Source of the DNA: an uncultured Candidatus Saccharibacteria bacterium
Lineage (GTDB): Bacteria > Patescibacteriota > Minisyncoccia > Phycocordibacterales > CAIZLB01
Direction of reading: 5' to 3'
Assembly (NCBI GenBank): GCA_964550955.1
Contig: CAZKAF010000001.1
Span: 7,993 to 71,992 of the forward strand
Length of the DNA: 64,000 nt
Part shown: positions 40,101-49,449 of the stretch, one piece after another
Layout: each line of letters begins with the position of its first letter
Numbering within the stretch: position 1 is the stretch's first letter
Made by a program: the position numbers and the translations under genes
The notes under the pieces: model-generated
The model's input: the letters and a program-made list of their open reading frames with translations, nothing else
Told to the model about the DNA's origin: nothing
Databases searched by the model: none

Positions 40101-40653
40101 GAAGATGGACGGGCTGCAGGCGACGGACTTGCTTGAGGTGAACTTCAAGAACCAGGGAGTCATCCTGGCAATGCCCGATTCCGTATCGAATCCTTCCTCG
40201 GCCGGTCCGGATTTTGAAATTCATCCCGCGCATTTGGCGGGAAAAATTGACCGCATCGTGAAAGTCTCCGGCGGCGAATACGAAGTTCGCGACTACAAGA
40301 CGGGAAAGCCCAAGTCCGAATGGGAAGGAAAGGACGAGTACGAGAAGATAAAGCTGCACGAGTACGGTCGCCAGCTCATGTTCTACAAGATTCTCGTCGA
40401 GCATTCCCGGGATTATTCCGATTTCAAGGTAAGCCGAGGCGTGCTGGATTTTGTCGAGCCGCATAAGAACGGCAGCGTGGTCGAGCTCCGGCTCGATATC
40501 GACCCCGAGCTGCACGAGAGAACGAAGAGGCTCGCGGCGGTCGTGTTCGGCAAGATAATGAATCTTGATTTTCCGGACGTGGCAGGGAAGTATGAGCCGA
40601 CATTGAAAGGCATCCGGCAGTTCGAGGATGATTTGCTGGAAGGAAAAATATAG
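37108..40653 (+). CDS. UvrD/PcrA-family SF1 helicase fused to a C-terminal PD-(D/E)xK (RecB/Cas4-like) nuclease domain (AddA-like).
   Basis: Q-motif/Walker A [53 protein letters not shown], YRSTQ and [13 protein letters not shown]. The C-terminus has ...[10 protein letters not shown], consistent with a RecB-type nuclease motif. Confidence 0.8.
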   Translation: [1181 protein letters not shown]

Positions 40654-40659
40654 AAATAA

Positions 40660-40692
40660 AAAAACGCCCGCATTCAAGCGGGCGTTTTTTCT
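40660..40692. terminator. Bidirectional rho-independent terminator
   Basis: aaaaa-acgcccgc-attcaa-gcgggcgt-tttttt between convergent genes. Confidence 0.7.
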
Positions 40693-40742
40693 ATGCGATG
40701 AATCTGTTGCTCGAACCGATTTTCGCCATTCTCTGATCAGGA

Positions 40743-41495
40743 TTAAGAGCTGAGAAGCCTGTCCACGATGCTCTTGAGAGCTGCCGTCGGAAGCGCTCCG
40801 AGTCCGCTGCCGTTCGCATCGACGAGGGGAACTATCTCGGTCTTGTTGCCAGTCTTGACGATGATGACGGTATGCGGAGTTCCTCGCGCGCCCGCCTCAT
40901 ATCCCTTGGCTTTTTCTTCCTGAATCTTTGCTGCATATTTTCCGCTGTCCAAGCATGTCATGAACGCAGCCTTGTCCAAGTTGAGTCGTTCCGCGAAAGT
41001 CGGAAGGAGGGCAAGGTCGAGGCTGTCGTTTCCTTGGGTGTTTTCGTAAATCATGTCCACATAATTCCAAAAGGCGTCAGGGCCTCCGATTTCGGCCGCG
41101 CACTCGGTTGCCTCAGCTTCTTTCGGCGCCTGCTTGTGCATGTCGAGCGGGAAATGCCTGTACACCCACGCGACGTTTCCTGTCGCTTCATACTGCGCCA
41201 TGATCTCTTTCAGCGTAGAGTGGAATCTCTTGCAGAAAGGGCATTCAGTATCGGAATATTCGACGATGGTAACCTTCGCATCCCTGCTTCCTCGGACGTG
41301 ATCAGTCTGCCTGACCGGCTCAACGACCGGTTCCGGCTGCTCGGGCTTCAGCGCGGAATTGATGATGTCCTTGGCGCTTCCCGCCTTGTTGGACGAGAGC
41401 GTTCCGGTGCCTGATAAATATACGGCAAGCGCAATCAATCCTCCCGCAACGACGATCGCGACCGGAGTGACTATCTTGTTTAAATTGTTGTTCAT
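40743..41495 (-). CDS. Membrane-anchored DsbA-family thiol:disulfide oxidoreductase
   Basis: N-terminal TM, CxxC in EYSDTECPFCKRFH, and the thioredoxin-fold cis-Pro region GTPHTVI. Confidence 0.75.
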   Translation of the reverse strand: MNNNLNKIVTPVAIVVAGGLIALAVYLSGTGTLSSNKAGSAKDIINSALKPEQPEPVVEPVRQTDHVRGSRDAKVTIVEYSDTECPFCKRFHSTLKEIMAQYEATGNVAWVYRHFPLDMHKQAPKEAEATECAAEIGGPDAFWNYVDMIYENTQGNDSLDLALLPTFAERLNLDKAAFMTCLDSGKYAAKIQEEKAKGYEAGARGTPHTVIIVKTGNKTEIVPLVDANGSGLGALPTAALKSIVDRLLSS

Positions 41496-41611
41496 GCGTA
41501 CAAGTATATCACATCAAAAAAGCGGCCGTGAAGCCGTTTTGTGAATATATTGCGCGCGCTGTGCACAAGAGGATCGCCGTTCTCAGGGGAAACCGAGACC
41601 GGGCCAGTTTC

Positions 41612-42187
41612 CTAGAAGGGCAGGCTGAACGTCATCTTCACGTCCTCGGTCTTCTCCCAGTCCGTCGTGTCGATGGGGAATTCGGTGTCCGCGTCGCCCT
41701 CCTTGTACTTGAGCGTCTTCGTTCTCATGGCATAGTCGTGAACCTCTTTCGTGATTCGCACGTCTTCGAGGCAGTACTTGATGATCTTGTCGACTTCGCC
41801 CTTTTTCCACCATTCGATTGCCTCGAGCCCGTGCCCGCCTTTTCCGACGCCGAGCGTTGCCTGCGCGATGGAGCCGAGTCCGACTCTGAATCCGAGCGAT
41901 TTCCTAACCTCCTTGAGCAGGTCCAGGCTTTTGAGCCTCATGAGGTCGCCGGGGTAATATTTGTTGAGAATGGGAAGGTCAAAATGGTCGCCGTTGAACG
42001 TCACGATTGAGTCCGCCTTTTCAAGAATCGGCCAAAGCTTGTGCAGGTCTTCCTGAAGGTAGCTCGTGTATTTGTCAGTGGCCGTCTCGTAAATGCACAC
42101 GACCGAGATGTCCAGGAAGACGGGATCGCCCTTGCCGACTTCCTGAAATGAATTCCTCGTTTCAATATCTAAAAATACTTTGTTCAT
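41612..42187 (-). CDS. RNase-H-like 3'-5' exonuclease (YprB / PolB-exonuclease-like)
   Basis: VFLDIETRN (exo I), SIVTFNGDHFDLPIL (FNGxxFDxP) and YCLEDV (exo III) are typical of this family. Confidence 0.55.
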   Translation of the reverse strand: MNKVFLDIETRNSFQEVGKGDPVFLDISVVCIYETATDKYTSYLQEDLHKLWPILEKADSIVTFNGDHFDLPILNKYYPGDLMRLKSLDLLKEVRKSLGFRVGLGSIAQATLGVGKGGHGLEAIEWWKKGEVDKIIKYCLEDVRITKEVHDYAMRTKTLKYKEGDADTEFPIDTTDWEKTEDVKMTFSLPF

Positions 42188-42230
42188 TGGGTATGTTATT
42201 TTTTTTGTTTAATTTATCCTGACTCTTGCT

Positions 42231-43496
42231 TTATTCTGGCTTGGCGCCGGTCTCGGCATCGAGGTCTTTCATTTCGTACTTCCTGTCCCTGACCTCGTCC
42301 TCGCCGATGATGATGCACTTTGGAATGGATTGCTTCCTCGCATTCTTGATCTGATCGCCGATCGGCCTGTAGGAATAATTCACGGCAACGTTGGCGCCCG
42401 AATCTCTCAGTTCCCGCGCAACCTGAGTAGCATATTCTAAACAAGATTTGTCCATGATACAAATCATGACTTCGGCGGCAGGCACGTAAGCCGGCAAAAG
42501 GCCGCGCGTTTCCAGGAAATCCCTGAGCACGACGTCTCCCATTCCGAAGCCGAAAGCGGGAAGCGTCTCGCCGCCGAAAAGCGAGAGGAGATTGTCATAC
42601 CTGCCTCCGCCGAAGATCGAGCGATTGTTTTCAGGGTGCGTATCGAACACTTCAAAGACGGTTCCGGTGTAATAGTCGAAGCCTCGGATGATGTTCTCGT
42701 CATACATGGCGTTCTTGATGCCCGCGGCCTTGAGCGTCTCGATGATCTCGTCAAGCTCGTCCTTGGCCTGCTTGATGTCCGGAAATGCCATCGCTTCCTG
42801 ATACTGCGGACTGGAGGGGCTCAAGTTCAGGAATTCGAACGATTTGCCTATAACTTTTTCCGCCTCGCCGTAGAATACCTCCTGCGTCATCTTGTCCTTC
42901 TTGTCCATGAGCCGCTGGAATGACTTCGCCTGGTTCTCGTCGAGCTCGTACCAATTATTGAAAATGGCATTCAGCAGCTTCCTGCTGTTTACCCGGATGG
43001 AGAAGTCAGAATCGTCCGCGCCGAAGGCTTTCATTATGCTGTACGCAAGCTGGATCATTTCGATGTCCGCCTCGATGCCCGCAATGCCGAACGAATCCAC
43101 GTTCAGCTGCCAGTGCTCCCTGAGCCTGCCCCTCTGCGGCCTCTCATATCTGAAGACGTTCGGAATGGAGTACCATCGAACCGGAAACCCGAGCTCGCGC
43201 CTCCTGCCCGCGATCATTCTGGCCACGGTCGGAGTCATTTCGGGCCGAAGCGTGACCTCCCGCTCTCCTCTGTCAATGAAGGTATACGTCTGCTCGTTGA
43301 CGATCTCCTCGCTTGTCTTCGCCTTGTATAGTTCGGCAGGCTCAAGCACTGACGCGCCGTATTCGAGATAGCCGAATCTCTCGGCAGTTTTTTTCCATAC
43401 CGAGAATATGTGATTCTGCACGAACATGTCTTCGGGGTAGAAGTCCCTGACTCCTTTATATGGTTCGGTGCCTTGAGAGCTGGTGTTTTTTGTCAT
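42231..43496 (-). CDS. hisS: Histidine--tRNA ligase
   Basis: Class II motifs GVRDFYPED, RYERPQRGRLREHWQ and GFDYYTGTVFE, plus a C-terminal anticodon-binding domain. The ORF opens at 43544; ATG 43496 (MTKNT...) is the likely start. Confidence 0.9.
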   Translation of the reverse strand: MTKNTSSQGTEPYKGVRDFYPEDMFVQNHIFSVWKKTAERFGYLEYGASVLEPAELYKAKTSEEIVNEQTYTFIDRGEREVTLRPEMTPTVARMIAGRRRELGFPVRWYSIPNVFRYERPQRGRLREHWQLNVDSFGIAGIEADIEMIQLAYSIMKAFGADDSDFSIRVNSRKLLNAIFNNWYELDENQAKSFQRLMDKKDKMTQEVFYGEAEKVIGKSFEFLNLSPSSPQYQEAMAFPDIKQAKDELDEIIETLKAAGIKNAMYDENIIRGFDYYTGTVFEVFDTHPENNRSIFGGGRYDNLLSLFGGETLPAFGFGMGDVVLRDFLETRGLLPAYVPAAEVMICIMDKSCLEYATQVARELRDSGANVAVNYSYRPIGDQIKNARKQSIPKCIIIGEDEVRDRKYEMKDLDAETGAKPE

Positions 43497-43519
43497 ATAG
43501 GTATATATAATAGCGTATA

Positions 43520-44371
43520 ATGCAACCAAATGTAATCTCCTCAACGGATATTGACCGTGGTCTTGTTGATGGAATAATAGCCATATATAAGCATGAGGGA
43601 GAGACGCCGCTCGAATGCCTCGGAAGGCTCAAAATTCGTTTTCCCATTCTTCAAAACGTTCCCTTGAGCTATGCCGGCCGGCTTGACCCGCTGGCATCCG
43701 GCGTCATGCTGGTGCTCTCGGGCGAATTTAACAAGCTGCGCGAAAAATATCTCGGCTTTCCGAAGCAATACAAGATACGCGTGCTTTTCGGGATAGCCAC
43801 TGACACGGGGGATGTTATGGGGATGCTCCGCGGCGATAAAAACAAGCCCGGCTCCCTTGTCGACGCATCGACCGTCGAAAATATACGCCTTCAGGATGAA
43901 GACGGCATAAAAAGCGCATTAAGAAAATTCGTCGGACGATTCGAGGTGCCGTATCCCGCATATTCTTCGAAGCCCGTCCAAGGGAAGCCCTTGTTCGCAT
44001 GGGCGCAGGAAAACCGTCTCGATGAGATAGAGATTCCTATGCAGAGCTCGGAAATTCATGCGATTGACCTGCTTGGCATGGAGAAAGCTTCCGGCGCGGA
44101 AGTCGCCCGCCGGGCAATTGAAAGCGTATCGCTTGTCAAAGGAGATTTTCGCCAGTCTGAAATTTGCGAACAATGGGAAAATTTTGAGCGGCAATACGGA
44201 GACGCGCTTTTCATGCAAATTTCACTGTCAGTGCATGCGTCTTCCGGTACATATATGAGGTCTCTGGCCGAGCGGCTCGGCGCCGAATGCGGAACAAAAG
44301 CCCTGGCTTCCGAGATTGTCAGGACCAAGGTAGGGGAAATCGGAATCGAGGATGCGATTATCATAATTTGA
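43520..44371 (+). CDS. truB: tRNA pseudouridine(55) synthase
   Basis: YAGRLDPLASGVMLVLSGEFNK (catalytic Asp motif), IRVLFGIATDTGD and a C-terminal PUA-like segment. Confidence 0.85.
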   Translation: MQPNVISSTDIDRGLVDGIIAIYKHEGETPLECLGRLKIRFPILQNVPLSYAGRLDPLASGVMLVLSGEFNKLREKYLGFPKQYKIRVLFGIATDTGDVMGMLRGDKNKPGSLVDASTVENIRLQDEDGIKSALRKFVGRFEVPYPAYSSKPVQGKPLFAWAQENRLDEIEIPMQSSEIHAIDLLGMEKASGAEVARRAIESVSLVKGDFRQSEICEQWENFERQYGDALFMQISLSVHASSGTYMRSLAERLGAECGTKALASEIVRTKVGEIGIEDAIIII

Positions 44372-44473
44372 CGAGTCGCGGGAAATCTCGCCGCGCATCG
44401 CATCGCCGCTTTCGTCCAAGAATCTTCAGGGGTGCTTGAGCGGGAATTCATGCCGGCCGGCTAAACTGCCTGC

Positions 44474-45436
44474 ATGAATCCTGTCAGCGACAAAAGTCCT
44501 AAAAACATATCGGCGGCTTTCAAGGCGCGCGGAGCGAGCGGCTTCGTCAGCCTGATTCTTTCCGAGGCCTTGGCGCTGAATGCGAGCGACATACATATCG
44601 ACCCTCGTTCGGACATCGGGCACATGCAGCTTCGCATAAACGGATTCATGAAGCCGCAGTACGAGCTCGACAGGGTTCTGCTGCTCGAGTGCATAAGCAG
44701 GATAAAGATCCTGTCCAAGCTCCGGACCGACATTCATAACAAGGGGCAAGACGGTCGATTCATGCACTTGTCGCCGCTTGGCGAGAAGATCGATATACGA
44801 GTGTCGATCATGCCGACTTTTTACGGCGAGAATGCCGTTCTTCGGATCTTGCGGCCCAACAAGCAGCGCGCGCTGAAGTTCGCGGATTTGGGCATGGATG
44901 AAGCCCAGATTTCGACGCTTGAAAAATATGCGGAAGCGGGCCAAGGCGTGTTGCTCGTGGCGGGCGCGACCGGTTCCGGAAAGACGACTACGGTATATGC
45001 CATGGCGCGAATGCTCATTGCCTCGCAAAGAAACTTGGTAACTGTCGAGGATCCTGTCGAATACGTAATCGAAGGCGCCCGGCAAATACAGGTTTCTGAA
45101 AATTACTTCGGCTTCTCCGAAGCGCTGCGTTCCGTGCTCAGGCAAGACCCTGACGTCATTGTCGTCGGAGAAATACGCGACGCGGAAACCGCTCAGCTGG
45201 CTTTCAGAGCGGCCCTTACCGGTCACCTTGTCATCGCGACGATTCATGCGGAGGGCGCTTTCGGAGTCAGGGCAAGGCTTCTCGATCTCGGCGTGTCCGA
45301 AAACCTGCTGTCGCTTCTCAGGCTGGTCATCGGCCAAAAGCTGATTCCTCAGAAGGACGAGCAGATGAGGGTGGTTGCAAGGAAGGGGCTGTTTGAATTC
45401 ATAAACTTATCAGATTCAAAATCCGGGCATGAATAA
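44474..45436 (+). CDS. Type II/IV secretion-family assembly ATPase (PilB/GspE/ComGA-like, short form)
   Basis: Walker A GATGSGKTTT, VEDPVEY (Asp box), IVVGEIRD (Walker B) and TIHA (His box). Confidence 0.8.
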   Translation: MNPVSDKSPKNISAAFKARGASGFVSLILSEALALNASDIHIDPRSDIGHMQLRINGFMKPQYELDRVLLLECISRIKILSKLRTDIHNKGQDGRFMHLSPLGEKIDIRVSIMPTFYGENAVLRILRPNKQRALKFADLGMDEAQISTLEKYAEAGQGVLLVAGATGSGKTTTVYAMARMLIASQRNLVTVEDPVEYVIEGARQIQVSENYFGFSEALRSVLRQDPDVIVVGEIRDAETAQLAFRAALTGHLVIATIHAEGAFGVRARLLDLGVSENLLSLLRLVIGQKLIPQKDEQMRVVARKGLFEFINLSDSKSGHE

Positions 45437-46469
45437 GCTGCTTTTGCAAAAATATTTCAAATACGTTTCCCTGTACCTTGCATCGTCGCGAAGCCCCGAT
45501 GAGGCATTTGAATTGGCCCTTGCAAAAGTGAAGGACAAGAAGTTCGGAAAAGCTTTCGGCGTTTTCGTCGAAAGCGTCAAGTCCGGGAAAGACATAGACG
45601 CCTGCGTTCGGGCATTGCTTGCTGCCCGGGCCATAGACGGCACGCTGTACTCGCTGATCATTCTGGGCTACAAGACCGGGGCTCTTCAGGAGCATGTCCA
45701 GTACGGATATCAGTACTTGGACAAGAATCTTCTGTTCAAGAAGAAGATTGCCGGCGCGCTGGCGTATCCGGCGGTCGTGCTCTCCGCTTCCTTTCTGTCG
45801 GTAATCTACATCTCATATGCGGTGATGCCGAAGGTCGTGCCGGTCTTCGCGTCGCTGAAAGCTCCCTTGCCGCTCTCGACCAGATTTCTGCTCAGCGCGT
45901 CCGAATATGTCGCGGAATACGGATTCGCATGCGCGTTGGGAATCTCGGCATGCTCTGTGGGCCTGTTTCTGATTTACGGCAGGCATCCGGGATTCCGGGA
46001 TTTCGTTCAGAGGAATCAATACAGGGCGCCTTTGCTCGGGAGCCTCTTCTCGCTTTCGGACGTGCAAAGAATCTCGCTCAGCGTCGGAACGCTTTTGCGG
46101 GCGCAGGTTCCCGTAACTGACGCGCTGACCATAACGAGCGACGCGTGTCATAACGCGCATTTGGAGAATGGCCTGAATTTCATCAGGCGGCACTTCGAGG
46201 AAGGGAAGTCGTTGTCGGAATTGAAGGTGGAATCGCGCGTCATCAATCAGGATTTCTGCGACGCGCTCGTGCTCGGCGAGTCGACCGGCAGCATGCCCCA
46301 GGCGCTCCTTGACCTGAGCGAATTGTCCCGGCAGGAATATGAGGACCAGCTCAAAAAGATATCAAGCATGACGGAACCTCTGGCGCTTGTCGTATCCGCG
46401 GTTCTGGTCAGCGCCGTCGCGCTTTCCGTCATCAGTCCGATGTATTCACTGGTTCAGCATGTAAATTAA
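45429..46469 (+). CDS. GspF/PilC/ComGB-family inner-membrane platform protein
   Basis: Three-TM platform topology with paired cytoplasmic domains (GKSLSELKVESRVINQDFCDALVLGESTGSMPQAL ~ GspF motif); 8-nt overlap with the ATPase gene. Confidence 0.75.
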   Translation: MNKLLLQKYFKYVSLYLASSRSPDEAFELALAKVKDKKFGKAFGVFVESVKSGKDIDACVRALLAARAIDGTLYSLIILGYKTGALQEHVQYGYQYLDKNLLFKKKIAGALAYPAVVLSASFLSVIYISYAVMPKVVPVFASLKAPLPLSTRFLLSASEYVAEYGFACALGISACSVGLFLIYGRHPGFRDFVQRNQYRAPLLGSLFSLSDVQRISLSVGTLLRAQVPVTDALTITSDACHNAHLENGLNFIRRHFEEGKSLSELKVESRVINQDFCDALVLGESTGSMPQALLDLSELSRQEYEDQLKKISSMTEPLALVVSAVLVSAVALSVISPMYSLVQHVN

Positions 46470-46481
46470 TCGCGCGCGCAT

Positions 46482-47909
46482 ATGGATTCCGATTTAGCAA
46501 AATCAAATAGCGGCAGGCATGATCGGCCGCGACGGCGCAGGCCAAGTTACGGAAGCCTCGCGCGCGGCTCCGGCTTTCAGATTATCGAGGTCCTGCTGGC
46601 CGTTGCAATTTGCGCCATAGTCATAATTCCGCTCATCAATCTTCTTAACTCGGTCTATGTCGGCATGGTCAAGGACAGGAACGGCGCGCGGTTCCTGATG
46701 GCGGACGGGGCTTCCGATTCCGCATCCGGATTCTTGTCCAAGGGCAAGCAATGCCTGCTGACGGAAGTCATCGAAAGGATGATTGAAGGCAAGGAAGCCG
46801 GCGCGGAAGACATTGCTGACATGTTCAGCCTCGACGTTTTTACGCACCAGGAATTGGGCATCTCAGCCGTTACCGCCGTGACGGGCCTTTCTTTCAAAGG
46901 GCTGCTGCTTACCGCTTCGCTTGATTCTTCAAGCACGACCGATCCGGATCTCATGACCGTGGACATGGGGCCGTATGTTCAAACCGGAATGCACCATCTC
47001 GAGCCTTCCGGCTTCTTGGAAACCGGTCCGGGCATAGTCGCGCATGCAGCCGTTGGAAACGCGCTTTATACGGCAAACACGAGTTCTCTGGTGCAAGGCC
47101 ATGGATTGAAAATGCCGGAAAGGCTTCATGACGGAGCGGAAGGAGCAGGCGGCGGCGAAAGCGAAAGCCCGAATCAGGACGTTGTCAGATACGTCTTTCC
47201 GGGAGCAAATTCGCACAGCAGTCCGATTTCAAAAAGGATTCTGGTCGCGAACGATCTGGTGATTCTCGGAACGCAGAAAAGTCCGCTGTCCGAGATACAC
47301 ATATTTACCAAAGCAGGCGAGCTTGTCTCCATGATCAATACCGAGTACGGCATCAACGACATGCATCTGCATCAGAACGGCCTGATCGTGCTGGGTCCTC
47401 AGGATCCCGAGCTGCAGGTCTTCGACCTGTCTGATCCGTCGAATCCGATTCTTGCCGATGAGCTGGATTTTCCGGGAGGGTCAGGCAATGGGCGGTCCGT
47501 GGCGGCGCGCGGGCGAACCGCGTATCTGGGCAGGTCGAAGGGCGGCAATGAATTCTTGATTGCCAGCATCGGGCGCGGCATTGCGGAGGACGGCGGTACT
47601 GAGTTCTCGTCCGGAAAATTTATCGAAGCGGAAGCCTCGCTGAAGCTGAACGCGAGCATAGACAGGATCGCGGCTTCGCAAGGCGGCGCCTTGCTGTTTA
47701 CCTCGAACGAGCACGGGGAAGTGTATTTTGCATCGGCCAAAAGCAAGCCGGAGCGGTTCCTGCAATCTCCGTCGCCGTCGCTCACGCACTTCAAGGCGGA
47801 CTTGCCCGGAAGAGTCACGGACTATGCTTGCCTGGGCGACATGATATTTCTCTCGATCAAGTCGCCTGATTATCCGTTGGCGGTCTTAAGGCTCAAGCTG
47901 CGAATATGA
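46482..47909 (+). CDS. Large pilin-like protein with a type IV prepilin signal (G|FQIIE) and a roughly 400-aa C-terminal domain.
   Basis: ARGSG|FQIIEVLLAVAICAIVIIPL places Glu at +5 (class III signal). The C-terminal region has repeated beta-strand-like segments (LVILGT..., LIVLGP..., FLIASIG...). Confidence 0.6.
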   Translation: MDSDLAKSNSGRHDRPRRRRPSYGSLARGSGFQIIEVLLAVAICAIVIIPLINLLNSVYVGMVKDRNGARFLMADGASDSASGFLSKGKQCLLTEVIERMIEGKEAGAEDIADMFSLDVFTHQELGISAVTAVTGLSFKGLLLTASLDSSSTTDPDLMTVDMGPYVQTGMHHLEPSGFLETGPGIVAHAAVGNALYTANTSSLVQGHGLKMPERLHDGAEGAGGGESESPNQDVVRYVFPGANSHSSPISKRILVANDLVILGTQKSPLSEIHIFTKAGELVSMINTEYGINDMHLHQNGLIVLGPQDPELQVFDLSDPSNPILADELDFPGGSGNGRSVAARGRTAYLGRSKGGNEFLIASIGRGIAEDGGTEFSSGKFIEAEASLKLNASIDRIAASQGGALLFTSNEHGEVYFASAKSKPERFLQSPSPSLTHFKADLPGRVTDYACLGDMIFLSIKSPDYPLAVLRLKLRI

Positions 47910-48271
47910 AAGCGTCAAACGCAAGCCGAAAAGACGGCCGACCGAAAAGCGGGGGCATAACCCTGCTTGAGGTCCTGATATATGTGACCTTGTTTTCGTT
48001 CTGCTTTTCGACGCTCGGCCAGATTTCAATTTCGTCGCAAAAGATGGTCCAGAAGATTAACGCGGAGAAAGAAGCGCTTATGGTCGACATGCTCGTCCAT
48101 GCCTTCGCGCAGAATCACGCTCGCGGAAAAGGAGCATTCGTCGATGAGGAATCCGTAAAAGATTTTCTAGGCAGAATCCTTGTTCGGAGGGATACGACGA
48201 GGCGAGAATTGATCGGATCATTCGAAGCCTGGGCGTTCAGGTCGAGCTGCGTATTTTTCCGCCCGCGCTGA
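47906..48271 (+). CDS. Minor pseudopilin (prepilin-type N-terminal domain)
   Basis: KSGG|ITLLEVLIYVTLFSF, again with Glu at +5; 121 aa; 4-nt overlap with the upstream gene. Confidence 0.55.
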   Translation: MKASNASRKDGRPKSGGITLLEVLIYVTLFSFCFSTLGQISISSQKMVQKINAEKEALMVDMLVHAFAQNHARGKGAFVDEESVKDFLGRILVRRDTTRRELIGSFEAWAFRSSCVFFRPR

Positions 48272-48366
48272 ATCAGTTTGAAAAAGACGCGGCCGTGAAA
48301 TTTCAGAGGATAAGATATGAAATCGGCAATTCGCAGCGCTCATTGGAAATATATCTGCTATAATGC

Positions 48367-49089
48367 GTGCATATGGTATACGGATATAACGGAGGGGGAA
48401 TCGGATCGTACAAGAGCTCGCTGAACAGCGATGCCGGCGCGTCGGAACGATATCGAATTGACGCCGCCAAGAAAGAGATGGAGCGGCAGCAGAAAGACCG
48501 CGCCAAAATGCAGCTCGCGGACCTTAAGCGGAAATACGATCATAACAAGCTCGACATTTCTCATCGGGAAACTGAAATACGAAGGCTCGAATCCGAAATC
48601 GTGCATGGCGAGAGGGAAGTTCAGGAAATGGAGCGGATACTGAAGACGCTCGATGAAAAAGAGCATTCCTTCAAGGGGCGGATCGGAGATTCCGGCCTCC
48701 AGGTGAAGGAAATAGAGAAAAAGATGCACGACTTGCGCATGGAGTCGGACAAGAAGACTCACGAGGTGGTGCTGCTCGAAAGCCAGCTCCAGCATATTCA
48801 GCAAAAGCTGAACGCGGTCAAGCATGAGATAAGCGATATCGGCCAGACTATCCAGAAGCACGGGCTTGAGATCAAGCAGATCGAGGCGTCAGGTCACAAG
48901 TCGGCGCTTGACGCGGAACGGGCCAAGAGCGAGAAGATATACAAGCAGAAGGACGTGGACAACAAGGTAAGGTCCGTCGGATTCTTGAAAGACAAGAAAA
49001 CGCGGGAAAAGACCGAAGTCGAGCGCCTGAAGACTGAAAACCAGCGCATGGAAAGCGAAATCAGGATGCTTGAGCAGAAGGCGAGATAA
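48367..49089 (+). CDS. Hypothetical coiled-coil protein
   Basis: Heptad-rich, charged sequence (EIRRLESEIVHGEREVQEMERILKTLDEKE...); 240 aa. Confidence 0.4.
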   Translation: MHMVYGYNGGGIGSYKSSLNSDAGASERYRIDAAKKEMERQQKDRAKMQLADLKRKYDHNKLDISHRETEIRRLESEIVHGEREVQEMERILKTLDEKEHSFKGRIGDSGLQVKEIEKKMHDLRMESDKKTHEVVLLESQLQHIQQKLNAVKHEISDIGQTIQKHGLEIKQIEASGHKSALDAERAKSEKIYKQKDVDNKVRSVGFLKDKKTREKTEVERLKTENQRMESEIRMLEQKAR

Positions 49090-49449
49090 GCTGGACCGGT
49101 CCTTTTGCAATGGCAGATGGCCGCGCAGCGAGATATGCGCCGCTGAAGCGGTCATTTACAAGATTTTTAAATGGAGTAGGATTATCGGCATGACTTTGCG
49201 GGTGGGTGCCCGTCTTAGTTCTTCGACAAAGGCAAGGAAACTCAGACCATACCACGACCATGTCCATTCATTATCACAGGGCGCTTAATCCGGGCGGCAG
49301 GCCGCCGTCCAAGAAAAACAAGACAGCGCAGAAGCGCGAAAAGCAGCGCAACCGCCTGTTTCAGTCCAGCTGGTCGCCCTGGTAAGACAATGTCTTCTTC
49401 GGGCTCAAAAGCCCTGCCGTACGTCATGTATTGCAGGGCTTTTTCATTT

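Noticed and set aside
41528-42010. 160-aa plus-strand ORF
   Set aside because: It is antisense to the exonuclease gene, which has DIET, FNGDHFDLP and YCLEDV motifs.
49090-49440. Possible ncRNA (SRP RNA, 6S or tmRNA) in the 350-nt gap between the coiled-coil gene and the eno terminator
   Set aside because: No conserved SRP domain-IV, tmRNA tRNA-like end or 6S features were recognisable. Only short GC stems are present. The small ORFs there (49070..49288 +, 49242..49427 -) have no support.
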